In this document: piece by piece, positions 25,619 through 33,300 of the stretch
How positions within the stretch are numbered: position 1 is the first letter of the stretch
Layout: each line of letters begins with the position of its first letter
Source of the DNA: an uncultured Clostridia bacterium
GTDB taxonomy: Bacteria > Bacillota > Clostridia > TANB77 > CAG-508
DNA: 38,666 bases
Direction: 5' to 3'
Assembly (NCBI GenBank): GCA_948663505.1
Contig: CAPNAQ010000001.1
Location: 1-38,666, forward strand
Notes under the pieces: model-generated
The model's database searches: none
The model's input: the letters and a program-made list of their open reading frames with translations, nothing else
What the model was told of the DNA's origin: nothing
Made by a program: the position numbers and the translations under genes

Positions 25619-26254
25619 CTATGTCACTCGCGAGATTACCGATTTTATTACATATATCAGTAAGCCAATTGATAATATTATTAAACCAATTGGAATTATC
25701 ACTTGTATCGTTTTCGTTGTTATTGTTGTTATTTCCTCCACCTGTGTTATTTCCTTGATTGTCACCTGTGGAGCTTCCTGAAAAAAAATCGTTTTATATG
25801 TTCCATCTGTATATATGTCTATATTTCCACCTAAATAAATGCTATTATTAAAATATGTTGTATAAAAATATCCATGGCTTGTATAATTTGTTTTTATAAA
25901 TGTATTATTGTTATATTCATACAATACGCCCTCTATTTCTGAATTTACTGTATTAAAGTATATACAATATGATTTACCCATATTTTGTACATCATTGCTA
26001 ATATACTGTTTCAAATTAGGGTATTTTTCTTTTGATACAAATAATACAGAAAATATATCGCCATTATATCTAAAACTATAATAATATTTATCACTTTTAT
26101 ATTCTTCTGTTTCGTAAAGAGCTTGATAGATTTCTTGAGGTATTTCTAACACTGTTATATCTTCATAGCTAGCAAATGCTTTATTTATAAAAGTAATTGT
26201 TATTAATAAAAATATTGTTATAGCTATTATTATTTTGTTTTTTATCTTTAACAT
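25619..26254 (-). CDS. pIII-like adsorption/minor coat protein
   Basis: 211-aa ORF with a GGAG RBS. It has a signal peptide ending AFA|SY and a C-terminal TM anchor (IIPIGLIILSIGLLIYVI) with a basic tail. It lies immediately after the major-coat candidate. Confidence 0.5.
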   Translation of the reverse strand: MLKIKNKIIIAITIFLLITITFINKAFASYEDITVLEIPQEIYQALYETEEYKSDKYYYSFRYNGDIFSVLFVSKEKYPNLKQYISNDVQNMGKSYCIYFNTVNSEIEGVLYEYNNNTFIKTNYTSHGYFYTTYFNNSIYLGGNIDIYTDGTYKTIFFQEAPQVTIKEITQVEEITTITTKTIQVIIPIGLIILSIGLLIYVIKSVISRVT

Positions 26255-26330
26255 TGCTTTATCTCCTTCTATATTTTAATAGCCCAGTATACGGCATATA
26301 ATGCCATATACATGGGCATATTTTAAATAA

Positions 26331-26492
26331 CTAGAAAAATTTGTATATTATTCTAGGTATTAATGAAACGGCTATCATAATGCCCATTAATGTTAATCCT
26401 ACAGGCAATAATACCCCTAAATTTGAAGTAATATTTGAAATTAAGCCTGAAAACATTGTGCTAGTTAATGTTAATGTTGACACAGTTTCCAT
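26331..26492 (-). CDS. pVIII-like major coat protein candidate (53 aa), not in the ORF track
   Basis: ATG 26492 is preceded by GGAGAAAGGAAGG. METVSTLTLTSTMFSGLISNITSNLGVLLPVGLTLMGIMIAVSLIPRIIYKFF has a polar N-terminus, one TM helix and a basic/aromatic C-terminus. An 11-bp stem-loop (26287-26311) follows. Confidence 0.6.
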   Translation of the reverse strand: METVSTLTLTSTMFSGLISNITSNLGVLLPVGLTLMGIMIAVSLIPRIIYKFF

Positions 26493-26571
26493 TTTTGCCT
26501 TCCTTTCTCCATTTTAAAGGGGTTTTACCCCTTTAAATGGTTTTATCTTTTGTATATTTATTACAAAGTTT

Positions 26572-26712
26572 TTAATAGAAAAATCTACTAAAAAACCAGT
26601 AACCAAAGTAAATTATTAATATTAATACTATTCCATAAGTAAATAATTGAAAAAATGTATTTAGTGTTTTTATTTGCATTAATATTTCTTCTAATAGTTC
26701 TATTTCTGACAT
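26572..26712 (-). CDS. small hydrophobic protein (46 aa; pVII/pIX position), not in the ORF track
   Basis: ATG 26712 starts 1 nt after the TAG of the upstream ORF. MSEIELLEEILMQIKTLNTFFQLFTYGIVLILIIYFGYWFFSRFFY has one TM helix. Confidence 0.45.
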   Translation of the reverse strand: MSEIELLEEILMQIKTLNTFFQLFTYGIVLILIIYFGYWFFSRFFY

Positions 26713-26713
26713 T

Positions 26714-26983
26714 CTATTCAACACCTATCAATTCACAATTCCAATAACTTATTCGTTTTTCTGAATTATAAACTTTGTCAAATCCTAGTACTAATTTTAT
26801 TAATGCAAATCTTTGTAAGTTTAAAGGGGCTATTTTATCAATTAGTTTTTCATCTTTTGAAATAAAGTTAAATTTTTTATTGTCTTTTGCTAAAACATTT
26901 ATTGATATGTATTGTTCTCCTTCCTTTGTTACTCCTACCCTTTTGTCAATAAAGTTAAATTCTTGCGTTCCTTTAATAACCAT
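26714..26983 (-). CDS. gV-position protein (possible ssDNA-binding protein)
   Basis: 89-aa ORF with an AGGAGG RBS. It is the first gene of the structural operon, and its size and position match gene V of Ff. I recognise no sequence motif. Confidence 0.4.
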   Translation of the reverse strand: MVIKGTQEFNFIDKRVGVTKEGEQYISINVLAKDNKKFNFISKDEKLIDKIAPLNLQRFALIKLVLGFDKVYNSEKRISYWNCELIGVE

Positions 26984-27089
26984 TTTGTTTTTTTCCTCCT
27001 TTTATATAAAAAAATATATAGGCTATTATTACCTATATATTTTTATTACTTTATATTTACTTATGAGTAATATTTATATAGGTAATTTT

Positions 27090-27113
27090 TTGCCTACATA
27101 AATTTTACACTAA
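27090..27113. repeat. right terminal inverted repeat
   Basis: TTGCCTACATAAATTTTACACTAA. Its reverse complement matches 18526-18549 at 17 of 24 positions by eye. Confidence 0.6.
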
Positions 27114-27123
27114 CGAACAAATG
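27114..27123. repeat. target-site duplication, right copy (CGAACAAATG)
   Basis: Exact copy of 18515-18524. Confidence 0.8.
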
Positions 27124-27350
27124 AGATAATTGCGTCAATAGGAAGAGTAAATTATAAAGTAACAAATATAGATACAAAAATAGTAATGAATGATAAAAGA
27201 AAAGAGTATTTAGAAGCTGAAGATAAAATAGATATAACAGAAGGGAAAACAGACGAAGAAAAAGAGCAAATATATAATTCACTTAAAGAAAGATGTTTAG
27301 AACAAGATAAAGTAAATAATAGATTTGATAATAAACAAATGGAATTGTAG
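27114..27350 (+). pseudogene. 3' part of the split membrane-protein gene
   Basis: An open frame of 78 codons with no start codon runs from CGA ACA AAT GAG: RTNEIIASIGRVNYKVTNIDTKIVMNDKRKEYLEAEDKIDITEGKTDEEKEQIYNSLKERCLEQDKVNNRFDNKQMEL, stop TAG 27348-27350. A TAA stop lies immediately upstream. The frame matches the left part through the duplication. Confidence 0.75.
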
Positions 27351-27381
27351 AAAATACCAACAAATTTGTTAAAGCAAATTT

Positions 27382-30300
27382 ATGAATAAACTTCCACTTT
27401 TTGCAAACAATAAGAAAAAACTTATTGAAGCAAGGAGTGGAATTTTTTTGAAAGAAAATAGAAAATTAAAAATAACAGGAGCAATGCTAGAAAAAAGTCA
27501 GTTAGAAAACCACTTAGAAAAAATAGCAGCAAGCCATAATACAACAACAAAATCGCAAAAAGAGACATTTCCAATACCACAATTAATAGAAAATTATAAA
27601 GCCATAGAAGATGTGTATAATTTATTAAATGAGCATTTAAAAATAGGAATAAATATACATCCAGCAGGAGAATGGTTATTAGATAACTTTTATATAATAG
27701 AAGAAACTGTAAAGCAAATACAAAAAGAATTAACAATAGAAAAATATATAAATTTTGTTGGAATTGCAAATGGAGAATATAAGGGATTTGCAAGAATATA
27801 TGTATTAGCCTCAGAAATAGTAGCATATACAGAAAATAAAATTGAAAGATATAATTTAGAAGATTACTTAAAAAGCTATCAAAGTAAAAAAACACTTAGT
27901 ATGGATGAAATATGGAACATAGGAATATTTTTACAAATAGCAATAATAGAGAGAATTACTGAAATATGTGCAAAAATATATAGTAGTCAAATGCAAAAAT
28001 ATCACGCAGAAAACATTGCAGAAAGATTAATAGAAAATAAAGAAAAAAATGATATAAAATTTAAAAACAATTCTAAAAAAGTTGAAAAAGAAATGTTACA
28101 AGACATGAGGTATCCATTTATAGAATATATGGCATATATATTAAAAAGATATGGAAAAAAAGCAAATGCATATTTAAACATATTAGAAGAAGTTGTAGAA
28201 AAGTTAGGAACAACAGTATCAGATATTATAAAAAAAGAACATTTTGATATAGCTACACAAAAAGTGTTAATGGGAAATAGTATAACAAGTATAAAAGAAA
28301 TACACAGAATAAACTTTTTAGAAATATTTGAGAAAATAAATGGAGTAGAAGAAATATTAAAACAAGATCCAGTACAAGTATATAGTAAAATGGATCATAA
28401 AACAAAAGAATATTATAGGGGGAAAATAAAAGAAATAAGTAAAAAGACAAAAATATCAGAAATATATATATCAAGGAAAATGTTAGAATTAGCACAAGAG
28501 AATTTTGAAAAAGAAGGTGAAAATAAAAAAGCTCATATTGGATATTATTTAATAGATATAGGCATAAATAGGTTATATGATAAATTAGAATATATATCTA
28601 AAAAGGAAGATTCTCCAAAAAATAAAACGAAAATATATATTTTAGCAATAATAGTTTTAACAACAATTATATCTGGATTTTTAAGTTATGTATTAAATTT
28701 ACAAATTAAAAATAATTGGATAGCAATTGCAAGCTTTATTCTATTTTTTATACCTGCTAGTGAATTTGTAATACAAATTATTCAAAACATTTTAAATAAA
28801 GTTGTAAAACCAAAAATAATACCTAAAATAGATTTTTCTGAAGGAATAGATAAAGAAAATTCAGCAATAGTAGTAATCCCAACAATAGTAAAATCAAAAG
28901 AAAAAGTAAAAGAAATGATGGAAAATTTAGAAAGATATTATTTAGCAAACAAATCTAAAAATTTATATTTTGCATTATTAGGAGATTGTTCACAAAGTAA
29001 AAATGAAAATGAAGAATTTGATAAAGAGGTTATACAAGAAGGAAAAAAACAAGTACAAAAATTAAATGAAAAATATCCAAATGATAATTTTCCAATATTT
29101 AGTTTTATATATAGAAAAAGAGTTTGGAATGAAAAAGAAAATTGTTATTTAGGCTGGGAAAGAAAAAGAGGACTATTAAATCAATTTAATGAATACATTT
29201 TAAATCAAGAAAAAAATCCGTTTAAATCAAATACAATTCAAGAGGCAGAAAATATAAAAGCAATAAAAGATATAAAATATGTAATTACATTAGATGCAGA
29301 CACAGATTTAGTTTTAAATTCTGCATTAGAATTAGTCGGTGCAATGGCACATATCTTAAATAAGCCAATTATAGATAAACAAAGAAATATAGTAATTGAT
29401 GGTTATGGTATAATGCAACCACGAGTAGGAGTAAATTTAGACATAAGCTATAAAACTATATTTACTAAAATATTTGCAGGTGCTGGCGGGATAGATAGTT
29501 ACACAAATGCAATTTCTGACATATATCAAGATAATTTTAAAGAAGGAATTTTTACAGGAAAAGGAATATATGATTTACAAGTATTTTCAAAAGTTTTAAA
29601 TAATAGATTACCAGAAAATAAAATATTAAGTCATGATTTACTTGAAGGTTGTTATTTAAGATGTGGTTTAGTATCAGATATTATGCTAATGGATGGTTAT
29701 CCTACAAAATATACTAGTTTTATGAATAGACTTTCAAGATGGATTAGGGGAGATTGGCAGATTATAGGTTGGCTTGGAAAAAAAAGTCCCTTAAATCTAT
29801 TATCAAAATTTAAAATTTTCGATAATTTGAGAAGAAGTCTTTTTGAAGTTTCTATTTTAGTAGCATTAATTTATATTAATATTATCAGAAAAATATATGA
29901 TATAGATATTTTAGGAATAGATAGTTTATTAATAATAATTGAAATAATTCCTTATATAATAGAATTATTTAATTATTTAATAGGAAAAAAAGAGGGAGAA
30001 GAAAAACAAAAAACGTTTACCCCTAAAATTACTGGATTTAAAGGTATATTTGCTAGGATAGTAATTGCTTTAGGATGTTTACCATATAAGGCATATTCTG
30101 CAATAAAATCAGCTATAAAAACAATATATAGACTTACAATATCCCATAAACATTTATTAGAATGGATGACATCTGAAGAAGCGGAAAAGCTAGCTAAAAC
30201 AGATTTTATAACATATTATAAAAATATGTTTGTAAATATTATTGCAGGTATAATTTCACTAATTATTTATTTTGAAGACAAAAGCATTTTAGCTTTAATT

Positions 30301-33300
30301 TTAGGAATAGTATGGATAATAGCACCTGCTATTATGTGGTATATTAGCAAAGAGAAGAACGAAATTCAGAAAGTGGAAGTGTTAAATCAGAATGAAAAGA
30401 ATTATATTTTAGATATTGGTAAACGAACTTGGGCATTTTTTGAGAATTATTTAAATGAGGAAAATAATTTTTTAATGCCAGATAATTATCAAGAAGATAG
30501 AAAAAATAAAATTGTAAAAAGAACTTCTTCTACAAATATTGGTTTATCAATGTTAGCTGTAATTTCTGCATGTGATTTAAAATTTATAAATTATGAAAAA
30601 GCTTATGATATTTTAAAAAATATAATAAATACTGTGGATATTTTACAAAAATGGAATGGTCATTTATATAATTGGTATAATACAAGTTCAAAGGAGCCAT
30701 TAATTCCTAGATATGTTTCAACTGTAGATAGTGGAAATTTTGTTGGATATTTGTATGTTGTAAAAAGTTGGTTAGAAGAAAGGCTAGAAGATGGACGTTA
30801 TACGTCAGAGATTACATTTTTAATAGAAATTGTAACAAAGTTGATAGAGAATACAGATTTTTCACATTTATATAATAATGAACAAAGATTATTTTCAATT
30901 GGTTTTAATATAGAAGAAAATAAATTAACAAACTCTTATTATGATTTATTAGCATCTGAAGCAAGACAAGCAAGTTTAATAGCAATTGCAAAAAAAGATG
31001 TACCATCAAAACATTGGAATTCATTAAGTAGAACATTAACAACACTTGGAAAATATAAGGGATTAATATCTTGGTCTGGAACAGCTTTTGAGTATTTAAT
31101 GCCAAATATAAATATTCCAAAATACAAAGGAAGTCTATTAGATGAATCATGTAAATTTATGGTTATCAGTCAAATGGAATATTCAAAAAAATTACAAATT
31201 CCATGGGGAATATCGGAATCAGCATTTAATTTAAAAGACTTAAATTCAAATTATCAATACAAAGCATTTGGAATTCCATGGCTTGGATTAAAAAGAGGAT
31301 TAGCAGATGAAATGGTTGTGGCACCATATGGAAGTATTTTAGCAATAACAGATTATCCAAAAGAGGTATATCAAAATTTAAAAAGACTAGAGCAATATGG
31401 AATGTATGGAAAATATGGATTTTATGAATCAATAGATTTTACACCAGATAGATTAGAAAAAGGAACACAATCAAGTGCTGTTAAAACTTATATGGCACAT
31501 CATCAAGGCTTAATATTACTATCAATTAATAATTTATTTAATGATAATATTTTACAAAAAAGATTTATAAGAAATCCTGAAATAAATGCAGTAGATATTT
31601 TATTACAAGAAAGAATGCCTGAAACAGCAATTATAACAAAAGAAAATAAAGAAAAGGTTGAAAAATTAAAATATACTGATTATGAAGACTATATAGTAAA
31701 CACGTATAAAAAAATAGACGAAAGACTAATTAGAGGAAGTGTAATATCAAATGATGATTATTTTATTGCAATGAACCAGAAAGGTGAAGGAATCAGCAAA
31801 TATAAAGATATAATTATAAATAGATATAAAGTAACAGAAGATTACTCTCAAGGTATATTTTTCTATATTAAAAATATCAAATCAAAAAATATATGGAGTT
31901 CAAGATATAGCAAAAATGATGGTAAATATAAAATAAGTTTTATGCCAGATAAAATAGAGCAGGAAGTTACAAATGACAATATTAATACAAAAATAACAAC
32001 AGGAATTGCTCCTGATGAACCTATAGAAATTAGGCAAATGACTTTAGAAAATCTTGGAGATGATGAAGAGATCTTAGAAATAACATCATTCTTTGAACCA
32101 GTACTTTCAAGGCAAGAACAAGATTATGCACATCCTGCATTTAATAATTTATTTTTAATATTTGATTTTGATGAAGAAACAAATAGTATATTAGTAAAAA
32201 GAAAAAGACGAGATGAAAAAGAATTAGAATTATATATGTGTGTAAACTTATCCACAAATAGTGAAATAATTGGGGATTTAGAATATGAAATTGAGCAAGA
32301 AAAGTTTATTGGTAGAGGAAATTTTGGAATTCCACAAATGGTAAAAAACTCAATTCCATTTTCTAAAAAAATAGGACTTGTAACAGAACCAGTACTAAGC
32401 TTAAAAAGAACAATTAAAATACAACCAAAACAAAAAACTACAATTAATCTAATAATTTCAGTAGGAGAAAGTAAAGAAAAGGTTTTAGAAAATATAAAAA
32501 AATATAAAATAGAAGAAAATATTAAGAAATCATTTGAATTGTCTAAAGCAAAAAATGAAGCACAAAATAGGTATTTAGGAATAAAAGGAAAAGAAATTTC
32601 AGATTATCAAAAAATACTATCATATATAATATTTAATAATCCAATGAAAAAGTTAAATTTAGAAAAATTGTCTAAACATAAATATCAGCAAAGTGAATTA
32701 TGGAAATATGGCATATCAGGTGATTTACCAATAATCTTAGTAAAGATAAGAGATATAAATGATTCTTATGTTATAAAAGAAGTATTAAAAGCATATGAAT
32801 TTTTTAGAACCAAGAATTTTATGACAGAATTAGTAATAATAGATGAAGAAAAGCATAGTTACGAAAACTATGTAAGAGAAGAAATAGAAGGAACGATTCA
32901 AAATAGTCAACTAGCATATTTAAAAAATATTAAAGGTGGTATTTTTGAAATTACAAAAAATGAAATAAGTAGAGAAGATTTTAATTTATTAAAATTTATT
33001 TCTGCAATTATAATTGATGGAAGTAAAGGAGGAATTAAAAATACACTTAGAGATTTAGAAGAAGAATATTTAGAAAAATATAAAATGATAGAAGAAGAAC
33101 CTGTAAAAAATCTATTAAAAAATGAAAGTATAGAAGATATAGATATTTTACAAAATTCGGAAAAACTTAAATACTATAATGAATATGGTGGTTTTTCAGA
33201 AGATGGAAAAGAATATTTTATCAAAGTAAATAAAGAAAATAGATTGCCAACAGTGTGGTCTCATATTATGTCTAATGAAAAATTTGGAACACTTGTTACA

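Larger units (their letters stand above)
18525..27113. mobile_element. 8.6-kb TIR/TSD-bounded unit: ISLre2-family transposase plus inovirus-like prophage
   Basis: A 10-bp direct duplication flanks it and ~24-bp imperfect terminal inverted repeats lie at both ends. The only recombinase inside is a UPF0236/ISLre2 transposase. The remainder is a filamentous-phage-type gene set plus HTH regulators. Confidence 0.7.

Noticed and set aside
27094-27282. 62-aa minus-strand ORF (L-rich)
   Set aside because: It is a low-complexity shadow ORF. The + strand here carries the in-frame 3' fragment of the split gene.
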